The translations under genes were made by a program, and so were the position numbers. DNA of 63,648 bases, filler included, from Chthonomonadaceae bacterium (GTDB lineage Bacteria > Armatimonadota > Chthonomonadetes > Chthonomonadales > Chthonomonadaceae): the NCBI GenBank assembly GCA_035650735.1. It is 4 parts of 4 records of this genome, joined end to end, with 100 filler letters (N's around TTAATTAATTAA, not from the genome) between each part and the next. Parts side by side here need not be neighbours in the genome. Positions count along the whole stretch, not along the records: positions 14,287 to 36,397 come from DASRGZ010000155.1; 3 more parts are not named here. The stretch is one strand, 5' to 3'. The notes below the pieces were generated by a model. That model saw only the letters and a list, made by a program, of their open reading frames with translations, was not told the origin of the DNA and did not search any database. This document shows, in pieces, positions 20,877 through 31,843 of this stretch (its first letter is position 1; every line of letters starts with the position of its first letter).

Positions 20877-21205
20877 GATATAACTCCATCGAGAGAGAGA
20901 CATTGCGCAGTCATCCTTGACTGCCGGTTTAGAATAGGGATGTCCTTATCCTGGTCAGACTAGAAAACGGGAGGATATTGTTCCCGTGTTATCGCCAGCA
21001 GCCGAAACGAGATACCTAAGCTAGCGTTTCGCGCTAGGAATAAGTTCCTGATTCGCTGCCGAACCATGCAATCCTTTCGCCAGAGCAAACAATTTATAAA
21101 AAAATTATAGCAATTTGTTGCTGCCGGGCAGTTCCATCTCTGCCATACAGGACGACGCTGCCTGTACGAGCCGCCCTGCTGTGCCTTCTATGCTATACTG
21201 ATGGT

Positions 21206-23263
21206 ATGCAACGCCCATTCTTTTCGATCTACTCGCACGGCTTTCTGCGCGCCGCCGTCTGCATACCGTTTGTGCGCGTGGCCGATCCGGCGTTTAATGG
21301 AGAGCATACGCTGGAACTGGCTCGCCGCGCCTCCGAATTGCAGGCTGCGGTGGCGCTCTTCCCGGAGCTGGGGATTTCCGCTTACTCGAACGAGGACCTG
21401 TTCCATCAGGACGCCCTGCTGAGAGCAACGGAGGAGGCACTGGCGCATCTCGTGCGTGAGAGTCGCGACCTGACGCCCATCCTGCTTGTCGGTGTGCCGC
21501 TGCGCTTCGAGGAGAAGCTGTTCAACTGCGCCGTCGTCATCTACCGGGGGCAGGTGCTTGGGATTGTGCCCAAGACCTACCTGCCCAACTACCGGGAGTT
21601 CTACGAGAAGCGGCAGTTCACCTCGGCGCGCAGCGCGGTCAGCCGAGAGGTGCGCTTCCTGGGCGCGACGGTGCCGTTCGGAAACGACCTAGTGTTCGAA
21701 GCGGCCAACGTGGAGGACTTCGCGCTGCACGCCGAGATCTGCGAGGACGTCTGGACGCCGATTCCGCCCAGCACTTACGCCGCGCTGGCGGGCGCGACGG
21801 TGCTGGCGAATCTCTCGGCCAGCAACATCACGGTCGGCAAGGCGGAATATCGCCATGCCCTGTGCGCGCAGCAATCGGCCAAATGCATTGCCGCCTATCT
21901 CTACTCCGCCGCCGGGCCCGGCGAGTCCACGACCGATCTGGCCTGGGATGGGCACGCCCTCATCTACGAGGATGGCGACCTGTTGTCCGAATCGAAACGA
22001 TTCGCAGGCGAGGAACAGGTTATCATCGGCGACATTGACCTGGAGCGGCTGGCCCAGGATCGGGCACGCATGACCAGCTTCAACGACGCGGCCGGCGACC
22101 ATCGGGAGCGGGTGCGCGCCATACGCAAAATTCTCTTCACGTTCCAGGTTCCTGAGGGCGAGATAGAGCTAAAGCGCCGGGTGGCGCGCTTCCCCTACGT
22201 GCCCGGCGACCCGCGCGTGCGGGACGAACGCTGCTATGAAGTCTACAACATTCAGGTGCACGGCCTGATGACGCGGCTGGCGAGCACGGGGATCAAGAAG
22301 GCGGTGATCGGGGTTTCGGGTGGGCTGGACTCGACGCAGGCGCTAATTGTCGCTGCCAGGACGATGGATCGGATGGGCCTGCCCCGCAAGAATATCCTCG
22401 GCTACACCATGCCTGGCTTCGCTACCAGCGCGGTGACGCTCAATAACGCCCGGCAGTTAATGCAGTCGCTGGGAATCACGGCGGGCGAGATCGACATCCG
22501 GCCCTCCTGCTTGCAGATGATGCGCGACATCGGCCATCCGTTCGCGGAGGGCAAGCCGGTCTACGACATCACTTTCGAGAACGTACAGGCGGGCGAGCGT
22601 ACCTCTCACCTGTTCCGGCTGGCCAACCTCCATAACGCCCTCGTGCTTGGCACGGGCGATCTGAGCGAGCTGGCGCTGGGCTGGGCGACCTACGGCGTCG
22701 GGGATCATATGTCCCACTACAACGTCAACGTCTCGGTGCCCAAGACCCTGATCCAGTACGTCCTGCGGTGGGTGAGCGACTCGGGCCAGTTTGACGCGCA
22801 GACGAACCATATCCTGCTATCCATCCTGGAAACGGAGATCTCGCCGGAGCTGGTGCCCCATGAGGCGGGAGAGATGGAGCGGCCTGCGCAGAGCACCCAG
22901 GAGAAGATCGGCCCCTACGAATTGCAGGACTTCAACCTCTACTATATCACGCGCTTCGGATTCCGGCCCAGCAAGGTAGCCTATCTTAGCTATCACGCCT
23001 GGAGCGATAGAACGCGCGGCGTCTGGCCCGACCTGCTGCCGCCGGAGAAGCGCAACGAGTATGACCTGCCCACCATCAAGAAGTGGCTGGAGGTCTTTCT
23101 CTACCGCTTCTTCCAGACCAGCCAGTTCAAGCGATCCGCCCTGCCCAATGGGCCTAAGGTCGGCTCCGGCGGTTCGCTCTCCCCACGTGGCGACTGGCGC
23201 GCGCCCAGCGACTCCGTGGCGAGCGTCTGGCTGGAGGAGCTGCGCTGCAACGTGCCGGAATAG
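21206..23263 (+). CDS. nadE: Glutamine-dependent NAD+ synthetase
   Basis: CN-hydrolase domain ([24 protein letters not shown]) plus [23 protein letters not shown]. Confidence 0.97.
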   Translation: MQRPFFSIYSHGFLRAAVCIPFVRVADPAFNGEHTLELARRASELQAAVALFPELGISAYSNEDLFHQDALLRATEEALAHLVRESRDLTPILLVGVPLRFEEKLFNCAVVIYRGQVLGIVPKTYLPNYREFYEKRQFTSARSAVSREVRFLGATVPFGNDLVFEAANVEDFALHAEICEDVWTPIPPSTYAALAGATVLANLSASNITVGKAEYRHALCAQQSAKCIAAYLYSAAGPGESTTDLAWDGHALIYEDGDLLSESKRFAGEEQVIIGDIDLERLAQDRARMTSFNDAAGDHRERVRAIRKILFTFQVPEGEIELKRRVARFPYVPGDPRVRDERCYEVYNIQVHGLMTRLASTGIKKAVIGVSGGLDSTQALIVAARTMDRMGLPRKNILGYTMPGFATSAVTLNNARQLMQSLGITAGEIDIRPSCLQMMRDIGHPFAEGKPVYDITFENVQAGERTSHLFRLANLHNALVLGTGDLSELALGWATYGVGDHMSHYNVNVSVPKTLIQYVLRWVSDSGQFDAQTNHILLSILETEISPELVPHEAGEMERPAQSTQEKIGPYELQDFNLYYITRFGFRPSKVAYLSYHAWSDRTRGVWPDLLPPEKRNEYDLPTIKKWLEVFLYRFFQTSQFKRSALPNGPKVGSGGSLSPRGDWRAPSDSVASVWLEELRCNVPE

Positions 23264-23283
23264 CCCTCCCTCACTCCTCTCCC

Positions 23284-23475
23284 GGCAGGCTAAACCCTGC
23301 CGCTCGGGGGCGCTTTGCGCCCGTCGCCCACCTACGTGGGCGAGACTCCCTGCCTGCGCAGGCAGTACCTATAGAGAGGGGTGGTAATGATCCTGCGTAT
23401 CTCCCGGATCTTCTGCCTGCGCAGGCGGGCAGAAGGCCATAGGCCCCACAGCGGCAGGCTAAACCCTGCCGCTTC
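23284..23475. repeat. REP-like family B copies
   Basis: GGCAGGCTAAACCCTGCCGCT twice plus CCCACCTACGTGGGCG. Confidence 0.75.
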
Positions 23476-23559
23476 AGGGCCGGGCAGGGAAGGGAGACGG
23501 AGGGTTAGGTGCAACTTCCGGCCCTGGAGTTTGCTCTCCCTTATCCAAGGGTGAAAGCT

Positions 23560-24441
23560 ATGAAGCAAGCGTATCTGCGGGCTTATTGGAAGCACCTGCG
23601 CGTTCCCTTCCAGCTTTCGCTGGCGCCGCTATTCCTCTGGGGCTATTTTCTTGCTTCGCTCCGTCTCACCCCCGCGTTTGCGCTCGGCTTTCTCTCGTTT
23701 CATTTCTGCCTCTATACCGGCATCACCGCCTTTAACTCTGCCTACGACCGGGACGAGGGGCCGGTCGGGGGAATGCTTTCGCCGCCGCCCGTGCCGCCCG
23801 GGCTGCTGGCGTTCTCGCTGGCAGTGCAGGCGGTCGGGGCTGTGCTTGCAGCGTGCGTGAACGCGGCCTTTCTGGCTATCTATGGGATCATTGCGGCCCT
23901 GGGGGCGGCCTACTCGCATCCGCGCGTGCGCTGGAAAGCGTCACCGGCGGCGAGCGCGATCACGGTCTTTATCGGGCAGGGAGCGCTGGGATTTCTGGCA
24001 GGCTGGGCGGCGGCAACGGGAGGGATTGCCACAGCGGGGAGCGAGCGGGGGATTCTGGGGATGCTCTCGGCGGCCTTTACCACGCTAGGACTCTATCCGC
24101 TGACGCAGGTATATCAGATCGCGGAGGACGCGGCGCGCGGCGACCGGACGCTGGCGGTGGCGCTGGGTCCGACGAGAGCGCTCTGTTTCGGCCTGGGCTG
24201 CCTGGCGCTGGCGGGGCTGGCGGCGACGACGGCGATGGCGCGCACCTCTACCCGGCTCGATGCCCTGCTCGTCGCTGCCGCCTATATCCTCATCCTCTGG
24301 CAGGTGGCGCGATTCGCTCAGGACTACCGCCGACAGCGCCACACGGTCCTCAGCGCGTTCCGCACGGCCATGCGCCTTAACTTCCTTACCTCCGCCGGCT
24401 TTCTGCTCTTCATCGCCCTGCACCTGGCCCACCTGCTTTAA
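23560..24441 (+). CDS. UbiA family prenyltransferase
   Basis: Multi-TM; NSAYDRDEG, YSHP.VRWK, QIAEDAARGDRTLA. Confidence 0.85.
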   Translation: MKQAYLRAYWKHLRVPFQLSLAPLFLWGYFLASLRLTPAFALGFLSFHFCLYTGITAFNSAYDRDEGPVGGMLSPPPVPPGLLAFSLAVQAVGAVLAACVNAAFLAIYGIIAALGAAYSHPRVRWKASPAASAITVFIGQGALGFLAGWAAATGGIATAGSERGILGMLSAAFTTLGLYPLTQVYQIAEDAARGDRTLAVALGPTRALCFGLGCLALAGLAATTAMARTSTRLDALLVAAAYILILWQVARFAQDYRRQRHTVLSAFRTAMRLNFLTSAGFLLFIALHLAHLL

Positions 24442-24530
24442 CCCCACGGCCCTCACCCCCTGTCCCCACTGCAAGGCGGAGGGGCGAACCGTTGTAGCCC
24501 CGACCCTGGCAGTGGGTAAGGGGTGGGGGC

Positions 24531-25508
24531 TTAACGCTCCGACTCTGAATGCTCGTGCGCGTGAGCGTGGCTGCAGGTGGAATGGCGGGCGGGCATTCGA
24601 CAGTGTAGTTCCCCCGGTTCGCAGCCACCGCACTCCGTTTCAATGGTGGAATGCCGCACCTCGTAACGCTCGGCCAGCAGATCCTTGACCTCCCGCACCA
24701 CGCCCGCCGCGTTGGGTATATCTTCTTCCTCGACGCGCAGATGGCAGGAGAGGGCGTGCATGCCGTCGGCAATCGTCCAGACATGCAGATCGTGAATGTC
24801 ACTGACGCCGGGAACCGCCTCCATGTCTTTGACCATCGCCTGCACGTCCAGCCCCTTGGGCGTGCCCTCCAGCAGCACGTTGATCGTCTCGGTGACGATT
24901 CCCCAGGAGGAGTAGACGATGAACAGGCCGATGAGCACGGAGACCAGCGGGTCGGCATAGACCCAGCCGGTGTAGTGAATGACGAGGCCGGCGACGATGA
25001 CGGCGGCTGCCGAGAGGGCATCGCCGACCATGTGGAGGAAAGCGCTGCGCACGTTGACATCGTGGGCCGCCTCGCCGTGCAGCCACAGGGCGATGAGCGT
25101 GTTGAGGAACACAGCGACGGCGGCCACCACGATCATCGGCAGGCTCTCGACGGGCCAGGGATGGAACAACAACCAGTACGCCTCCACAAAGATCAGCACG
25201 GCGATCACCAGCAGAGTGACCGCGTTAAACAGCGCCGTCAGAATGCCGACCCGATGGTAGCCGTAGGTCTTGGTAGTCGTGGCGGGTTTGCGCGCGATCC
25301 AGAGGGCGTACCAGGCCAGCGCCAGCGCCAGGGCATCGGTGAAGTTATGGCCCGCGTCGGAAAGCAGGGCCAGGCTATGGGCGCTCAAGCCGACCAGCGC
25401 TTCCAGAATGACAAAGCCGAAGGTCAGGCAGAGCGAGAGCTTCAGCCGTCCCTCAGAGAGGTCCGCCGCATGATGATGGCTGTGATGATGCGCGTGTGTC
25501 CCCGCCAT
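24531..25508 (-). CDS. Cation diffusion facilitator (CzcD/ZitB-like)
   Basis: ALLSDAGHNFTD, TYGYHR, AFLHMVGDAL, HDLHVW, His-rich termini. Confidence 0.93.
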   Translation of the reverse strand: MAGTHAHHHSHHHAADLSEGRLKLSLCLTFGFVILEALVGLSAHSLALLSDAGHNFTDALALALAWYALWIARKPATTTKTYGYHRVGILTALFNAVTLLVIAVLIFVEAYWLLFHPWPVESLPMIVVAAVAVFLNTLIALWLHGEAAHDVNVRSAFLHMVGDALSAAAVIVAGLVIHYTGWVYADPLVSVLIGLFIVYSSWGIVTETINVLLEGTPKGLDVQAMVKDMEAVPGVSDIHDLHVWTIADGMHALSCHLRVEEEDIPNAAGVVREVKDLLAERYEVRHSTIETECGGCEPGELHCRMPARHSTCSHAHAHEHSESER

Positions 25509-25523
25509 GGCGTCTCCTTTTCT

Positions 25524-26201
25524 CTACAACATCAACAGCACAACGCCGAGAAGCACCAGGATAACTCCAACCGCCTGTGGCTCATAGCGTTCCAGCCAGC
25601 GCAGGTTCAGCCGTTCCAGACCGTTGAGGGCCAGCCAGACCAGCGTGAGCATGGTCGCCAGCGTCACGATCGCCATGACCAGGCTGAGGGCCAGGATCAG
25701 GCTCCAGGGCTGTGCGGCAGCCGTTACATAGATCGGCAGCAGGTCCAGGCAGGGCGAGAGCGTCAGCCCGATCACCAGCGCGACCATCGCAGCATGGGCA
25801 TTGCGGCGCCCGTCCAGCGCCTCTGCGGGTGAGATATGGGCATGCATAGGATCGCCCTGACAGTGAGTGTGCGCGTGGTGCCCGCCGCGCCGCAGCAGAG
25901 GCGTGAGGAGGAAGTAGAGGCCGAGCAGGATCAGCAGACTGGCGGCGATGCCATGCTCCAGCATGGGCGGGATGGATTTGAGGGCGATCTTGCCAGCGAT
26001 CACGAGCACCAGACCGAGCGCCACGGTAAAGAGCACATGCCCGGCCCCGGCCAAGGCGGCAAAGCTCAGCGTCTTCCCCTTCGGCCACCGCTGCGCCCGC
26101 CCGACCACGGCAAAGGCCAGCCAGTGCGAGGGAATAAGCGCGTGCAGCGCTGCAATGGACAGCGTGCCCGCCAGCAACGCGCCCGCCGAACTAAAATCCA
26201 T
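25524..26201 (-). CDS. Ni/Co transporter-like membrane protein (RcnA/UreH-like)
   Basis: LHALIPSHW, GAGHV, His-rich loop, LSPC motif. Confidence 0.75.
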   Translation of the reverse strand: MDFSSAGALLAGTLSIAALHALIPSHWLAFAVVGRAQRWPKGKTLSFAALAGAGHVLFTVALGLVLVIAGKIALKSIPPMLEHGIAASLLILLGLYFLLTPLLRRGGHHAHTHCQGDPMHAHISPAEALDGRRNAHAAMVALVIGLTLSPCLDLLPIYVTAAAQPWSLILALSLVMAIVTLATMLTLVWLALNGLERLNLRWLERYEPQAVGVILVLLGVVLLML

Positions 26202-26250
26202 CTTTCTGCCTTTCTCGGATGTGCTGCCAATGTCACATCTGGCCACGCCA

Positions 26251-26595
26251 TCATTCGATAGCGTCGCTGCCCTCTTCCCCGGTGCGAATGCGGATCGCCT
26301 CCGCCACAGGAACGAGGAAGATCTTGCCGTCGCCGATCTCGCCGGTGCGCGCCGCGTTGGCTATCGTCTCGGCCACAAAGCGCGCCTCTTGCTCGGCCAC
26401 GACGATCTCGATCTTGATCTTCTGGATCAGGTTGACGGTGTATTCCGCGCCCCGATAGTGTTGTGTAAACCCCTTCTGCTTGCCCGAACCGCGCACCTCG
26501 GTAATGGTCATCCCTTTGACGCCGATTTCGGCCAGCGCCGCCTTGACCTCTTCCAGTTTTTGTGGGCGGATTAACGCCTCCACAAGCATCAGCAT
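26251..26595 (-). CDS. glnB: PII nitrogen regulatory protein (GlnB/GlnK family)
   Basis: T-loop HYRGAEY, TGEIGDGKIF, RIRTGE. Confidence 0.9.
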   Translation of the reverse strand: MLMLVEALIRPQKLEEVKAALAEIGVKGMTITEVRGSGKQKGFTQHYRGAEYTVNLIQKIKIEIVVAEQEARFVAETIANAARTGEIGDGKIFLVPVAEAIRIRTGEEGSDAIE

Positions 26596-26940
26596 GGCCG
26601 GTACGCTCCTTTTGCGCAGGTCTTCTCATGGTGTCTACCCGCAGACACTGTGATTAGTTCCCAGATTATAGGCTTTGGCGCGGCTTGCCGTCAAGCAATC
26701 CGCTCTCGCTTGGCCTGGGCTGGCGAAAATTCACCCAATTACTTCACAGACGTGAATATTTCACACCCCTGTGCATCGTATATAGAGATGGCTATGAAGC
26801 AATGCCTCTCCCCCTCCCACGCTACGGGAGAGGGGACCGAGGGTGAAGGCGCTCCTACTCCCTACACCCTAAACAAGGAGTCGGGAGTGAGGGCTATTTT
26901 CACTTTGGTTTAATGTTGCCGGCCCGAGAAGGGTTAGGGT

Positions 26941-27684
26941 ATGGAACACACGACAACCCCGTCAACCACGCAAAATGCAATCGTTTCCAGGCCGTCAGGC
27001 GAGGCGGCAACGGATGAAATCGTGGCCTGGCTGGAGAGCAGCCTGCCGCGCATCATGCGCCGCCTGATGGATTCGGAAAACCTGGATATGCCCCTGCTGC
27101 AACTTCCGCTGGCGCAGATGCGGCTGGCGCAGGCGCTCTATAATGCTTCGGAGAGCCCCGAAACGATGGCGACCGGAGAGACGATGGGACGCCTGAGCGA
27201 GCGGCTTGGCGTGCGTCAAAACGCGCTCACCCAGGCCGCCGACCGCCTCATCAATCACGGCCTGGCCGAGCGCGTCGGGGACCCGCACGACCGGCGCGTC
27301 GTGCGCCTGCGGCTGACCGAGAAGGGAAACGAGTGGGTGCGTGAGCGCCGCGCTCGCCGCCGGGCCCATCTGCGGCAGCTTTGGGCTCTCATGGACACCG
27401 ACGAACGGGAAGAGTTTGTGCGCGCTGTCCGCACCCTGGAAGCGGCGGCTAACCGCCTGAGCGAGCGCCCGACGCAGATAGCGAGTGAGACGTCCGCAGA
27501 CAGGCCGGAGGCCACCGTCGAGGAAACGCTCTCGCGCTTTACCATCGGGGCTGCCAACAGCTCCTGCGCGCGCGTTTCAACACCGACAGAACCAGATACG
27601 CCGAGGCAAACGCCAGCAAGGATGGGTCCAATGGAGACCGTCTCTGCGCGGGAAAATACGGCGGCTAAGGAAGGAGAGTTATAG
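26941..27684 (+). CDS. MarR family transcriptional regulator
   Basis: Winged HTH with DRRVVRLRLTEKG; heads an efflux operon. Confidence 0.85.
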   Translation: MEHTTTPSTTQNAIVSRPSGEAATDEIVAWLESSLPRIMRRLMDSENLDMPLLQLPLAQMRLAQALYNASESPETMATGETMGRLSERLGVRQNALTQAADRLINHGLAERVGDPHDRRVVRLRLTEKGNEWVRERRARRRAHLRQLWALMDTDEREEFVRAVRTLEAAANRLSERPTQIASETSADRPEATVEETLSRFTIGAANSSCARVSTPTEPDTPRQTPARMGPMETVSARENTAAKEGEL

Positions 27685-29454
27685 ATGGCTTCGGTACAAT
27701 CGCCCCTACAGTCGCCTACGGTGGCGGCCGTGCGGCGACGTGTGCGGCGCAAAAGCCGCGCTCTGCCCATCGTGATCACGCTGGCTATTGCCGCCGCGCT
27801 GGGCTGGTGGGGATGGACCAAAACGCATCCGGCTCAGGATCCGACCAGCAACCTGCTGACCGACACGGTGACGCGCGGTGACCTAGTGGAAACCGTCTCG
27901 GCGACCGGCAGCGTCACGGCCCAGACTGGCGCGCAGGTCAAGATCGGTTCCCAGATCACCGGCACCATCAAGCGACTCTATGCCGATGTGGGCAGCTACG
28001 TCAAAGCCGGACAGGTCATCGCTGAGCTCAATCTGCCCGACATCCAGGCCCAGCTTGCTCAGGCCGAGGCAAACCTGGCGGCGGCAAAGACCAGGCTGCT
28101 CCAGCAGGAGACCGGCGTCGGAATGCAGCGCACGCAGGTCAGCAGCGCCGTCGCGCAGGCGCAGGCCCAGCTGCGCAGCGCCCAGGCGCGGCTCCGTTCC
28201 GCGCAGGCGGCTGCCAAACTGCAATCGGCGCAGACGCCCACGGATATCAAGCGCGCGGAAACGGCCGTCAAAGCCGCCCAAGCTGCGCTTTCGACCGCCA
28301 GATCCAATCTGGCCCAGGTCAAGGCCAGCGCCAATCTCCAGGTCGCCAACGCCCAGGAGCAGCTAAACCAGGCGCGCGCCACCGCCCAGAACTCCTCCGT
28401 CAATCTCAAGCGGCAGCAGGAGCTACTCAAGAAAGGGTTTGTGGCCGCCAGTGTGGTGGACGCTGCGCTCGCCGCCGATGAGGTCAACCAATCTCAGGTG
28501 AAGGCAGCCCAGCAGAACGTGCAGTTGGTCAAGGATAAGGTCGCGGCGGACCTCCAGGCGGCCCAGGATCAGGTGACCCAGGCGGAGCAGAACCTGGCCT
28601 CAGCGCAGGCGGCCCTGGTCGCCGCGCAGGCCGGACCCTATCAGGACGCCGCCAAACAGGCCGATGTCGCCAATGCACAGGCCGAGGTGCGGCAGGCGCA
28701 GGCCAATCTGCAGGCAGCGCTGGGCAATACTACCCAGAATGTCCTCAAGCAGCAGGACATTCAGCAGGCGCAGGAAGCCGTGCGCCAGGCGCAGGGCCAG
28801 GTGGACTACTATAAGGCGCAACTGGACAAGACGTTTATCCGCTCGCCCATCTCCGGCACGGTGCTTCAACTGGCTTCGCAGCAGGGCGAGACGCTGGCGG
28901 CGGGCCTGTCGGCGCCGACGCTCATCATTGTTGCCGACCTTAATCGGCTACAGGTGGATGTCTATGTGGATGAGACCGACATCGGCAAGGTAAGGCTCGG
29001 GCAAGAGGCCGATGTGACCGTGGATGCCTTCCCGAAACACGTGTTCAAGGGCAAGGTAGCTAAGATCGCCTCCGGCTCGACCATCCAGCAGGGCGTAATT
29101 ACCTACGATGTCACCATTGCCATCCACGATCCGAAGCACCGGCTCAAGCCCGATATGACGGCCAGTGCTACCATCCAGACGGGCAAACGGGAGAACGTCC
29201 TGCTCGTGCCCTCGGAGGCGGTGAAGGTCGGAACGCGCGGCTCTACCGTCAGTGTGCTGACCAAGAAGGACGGCAAGACCGAGATCGAGACGCGGCGAGT
29301 CAAGACGGGTGGCAGCGATGGCGTACATACCGAGATCCGCGACGGCTTGAAGGAAGGCGAAACGGTCGTGCTGGCGGGCATGGACGATGGCCAGAAACGG
29401 GAGCGCGGCAACGCTTCGCCCTTCGGCCCGAGCAACAACAGGAGACGCAGGTAA
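27685..29454 (+). CDS. Efflux periplasmic adaptor (MacA/HlyD-like) with long coiled coil
   Basis: N-terminal TM, GSQITG, IRSPISG, VDETDIG, LKPDMTA. Confidence 0.9.
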   Translation: MASVQSPLQSPTVAAVRRRVRRKSRALPIVITLAIAAALGWWGWTKTHPAQDPTSNLLTDTVTRGDLVETVSATGSVTAQTGAQVKIGSQITGTIKRLYADVGSYVKAGQVIAELNLPDIQAQLAQAEANLAAAKTRLLQQETGVGMQRTQVSSAVAQAQAQLRSAQARLRSAQAAAKLQSAQTPTDIKRAETAVKAAQAALSTARSNLAQVKASANLQVANAQEQLNQARATAQNSSVNLKRQQELLKKGFVAASVVDAALAADEVNQSQVKAAQQNVQLVKDKVAADLQAAQDQVTQAEQNLASAQAALVAAQAGPYQDAAKQADVANAQAEVRQAQANLQAALGNTTQNVLKQQDIQQAQEAVRQAQGQVDYYKAQLDKTFIRSPISGTVLQLASQQGETLAAGLSAPTLIIVADLNRLQVDVYVDETDIGKVRLGQEADVTVDAFPKHVFKGKVAKIASGSTIQQGVITYDVTIAIHDPKHRLKPDMTASATIQTGKRENVLLVPSEAVKVGTRGSTVSVLTKKDGKTEIETRRVKTGGSDGVHTEIRDGLKEGETVVLAGMDDGQKRERGNASPFGPSNNRRRR

Positions 29455-29526
29455 TCGCTTAAGGCCCTCACCCCCTGTCCCCTCTCCCACGCTGCGGGAG
29501 AGGGGAGAGCAGAAGCCGGGATTTGC

Positions 29527-29587
29527 CTCTGCCCACGTAGGTGGGCAGCGGGCCGCAGGCCCCACAGCGGCAGGGTTTAGCCTGCCG
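29527..29587. repeat. REP-like family B, 61 bp identical to 54881-54941
   Basis: CTCTGCCCACGTAGGTGGGCAGCGGGCCGCAGGCCCCACAGCGGCAGGGTTTAGCCTGCCG. Confidence 0.9.
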
Positions 29588-29633
29588 CCAGGGGTGAGGT
29601 AAGAGAAGATCCATTCAGGCAAAGCAGAAAACG

Positions 29634-30413
29634 ATGACCATACAATCGAACCCGCCGCAGCCGATGCTGCGCTTACGCGACATCCGCAAAACCTATATCA
29701 TGGGCGATCAGGAGGTGCAGGCTCTGGATGGACTGGATCTCGACATCCACATGGGCGAGTTTGTCGCCATCATGGGTCCCTCCGGCTCCGGCAAGTCCAC
29801 GCTGATGCACATCATCGGCTGTCTGGACGTGCCGACATCGGGCTCCTACCAACTGGACGGCATCGAGGTTTCCGAGATGGACGACTACGAGCTGGCCCAC
29901 ATCCGCAATCGTAAGATAGGCTTTGTGTTCCAGGGCTTTAACCTCCTGCCGCGTACCACCGCGCTGGAAAACGTGGAGTTGCCCATGCTCTACGCCCACC
30001 GTAAGGATCGCCAGGAGCGCGCCATTGCCGCCTTAGAGCGCGTCGGGCTGGGCAACCGGCTCGATCATAAGCCCAACGAGCTCTCCGGTGGGCAACAGCA
30101 GCGCGTCGCTATCGCCCGGGCGCTGGCCTCCGATCCGCTGCTTATTCTGGCTGATGAGCCGACGGGAAACCTCTCCAGCGTGCAGAGCGAGGAGATTATG
30201 CAGATCTTCCAGGAGCTCAACGACGAGGGCAAAACCGTCGTCATGGTCACCCACGAGCCGGACATCGGTCGGCATTGTAAGCGCCTGGTGCATATCCGAG
30301 ATGGCCGCGTCGTGGAGGATGAGCCGGTACACGACCGCCTGCTGGCCCGCGATGTCCTGGCGCAAATGGCCGCCGAGCGCGAAGCCCGGCAGAAGCTCAA
30401 GGTTTTGGTCTGA
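29634..30413 (+). CDS. ABC transporter ATP-binding protein (MacB/LolD-type)
   Basis: [34 protein letters not shown]. Confidence 0.95.
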   Translation: MTIQSNPPQPMLRLRDIRKTYIMGDQEVQALDGLDLDIHMGEFVAIMGPSGSGKSTLMHIIGCLDVPTSGSYQLDGIEVSEMDDYELAHIRNRKIGFVFQGFNLLPRTTALENVELPMLYAHRKDRQERAIAALERVGLGNRLDHKPNELSGGQQQRVAIARALASDPLLILADEPTGNLSSVQSEEIMQIFQELNDEGKTVVMVTHEPDIGRHCKRLVHIRDGRVVEDEPVHDRLLARDVLAQMAAEREARQKLKVLV

Positions 30414-30545
30414 TCCAGGGCAGGGGCTCTTCTATTTTCCCATCCGGCCCTCACCCCTCTCCTAGAATTGGGAGAGGGGGACAGGAGGTGAGGGCCAGAA
30501 CGGAAGGAGCCTGAACCCGGCAGGTTTAGACAGGAAAATACTCCA

Positions 30546-31826
30546 ATGAACGTGCTTGAAAGTCTCCGAGTCGCCCTGCGCGGCCTTGCCAGCAATAAGA
30601 TGCGCACTGTCCTGACCATGCTGGGCATCATCATCGGCGTCGCCGTGGTGATCCTGGTCGTCGCTATTGGGCAGGGCGCCACCCAGCGCGTCACCGAGGT
30701 CGTCAACTCGCTGGGCACGAACATGCTCTCCATCTGGCCGGGCGCGTCGCGCATCCGTATCAATGCCGTTACCACCAAAGCGGCCACAGGCGATACAACA
30801 AGCGATTCCAATAATGCCAATTCAGGGCCGGCCAACCGCCTGACCCTCGAAGACGCCAAGCTCATCGCCCAGAACTTTCCCAAGACCGTCGCCGCCGTCG
30901 CCCCGCAGGTGCGCAGTAACGTCCAGATACGCCTGGGAAACAAGGACTCGACGACCAACCTGACCGGCTCGACAGTGGACTATCCCTTCGTCAACAACGC
31001 CGAGGTGGAGCGCGGGCGCTTCTTCACCGATTATGAGGTGGACGGCAGCCTCAAGGTCTGCGTAATCGGAACGACGGTCGCCGAAAAGCTGACCGGCGAT
31101 CCCAACGCCAACCTGGTCGGGCAGACCATCTCCGTCAACCGGCAGAATTTCCAGGTGGTCGGGATACTCGCGCCCAAGGGGTCGGGCGCCTGGGGCCAGG
31201 ATCAGGACGACCTGATCCTCACGCCCATCACCACCGCCATGCGCCGCATCATGAACCGGCACTTTATCAACTTCATGGCGGTGCGCTGCACCAGTCAGAA
31301 GATGATGCCGCTGGCCCAGGAGCAGATCGCCAACTTCTTGCGCAACCGGCACCATCTTCAGCCGCCCTTCCCGGATAACGATGACTTCAATATCCGCAGC
31401 CAGACGGAGCTGATGGAGCGCCAACAGAGCGTGACCAGCACCATGACCTCGCTTCTGAGCATCGTGGCGGTCGTCTCGCTGGTGGTCGGCGGCATCGGCA
31501 TCATGAACATCATGCTGGTCTCCGTCACCGAGCGCACCCGCGAGATCGGCATCCGCAAGGCCATCGGGGCCACGCCGCGCGATATCCTGCTGCAGTTTCT
31601 GATCGAGTCGGCCATCATCTCCCTGATCGGGGGCATCATCGGCATCGGCATCGGCATCGGCGGGGCTATTCTGCTGGCCAATGTGGGCGGTTGGAACACC
31701 ATCGTCAGCACAACGGCGGTGGTCATGGCGGTGGCCGTATCTGCGGGCGTCGGGATCTTCTTCGGCATCTACCCGGCCAGCAAGGCCGCCGGGCTGCATC
31801 CCATCGAAGCGCTGCGGTACGAATAA
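30546..31826 (+). CDS. ABC permease (MacB/FtsX-type)
   Basis: [46 protein letters not shown]. Confidence 0.95.
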   Translation: MNVLESLRVALRGLASNKMRTVLTMLGIIIGVAVVILVVAIGQGATQRVTEVVNSLGTNMLSIWPGASRIRINAVTTKAATGDTTSDSNNANSGPANRLTLEDAKLIAQNFPKTVAAVAPQVRSNVQIRLGNKDSTTNLTGSTVDYPFVNNAEVERGRFFTDYEVDGSLKVCVIGTTVAEKLTGDPNANLVGQTISVNRQNFQVVGILAPKGSGAWGQDQDDLILTPITTAMRRIMNRHFINFMAVRCTSQKMMPLAQEQIANFLRNRHHLQPPFPDNDDFNIRSQTELMERQQSVTSTMTSLLSIVAVVSLVVGGIGIMNIMLVSVTERTREIGIRKAIGATPRDILLQFLIESAIISLIGGIIGIGIGIGGAILLANVGGWNTIVSTTAVVMAVAVSAGVGIFFGIYPASKAAGLHPIEALRYE

Positions 31827-31843
31827 ACGCGCGGAGGCGTATA

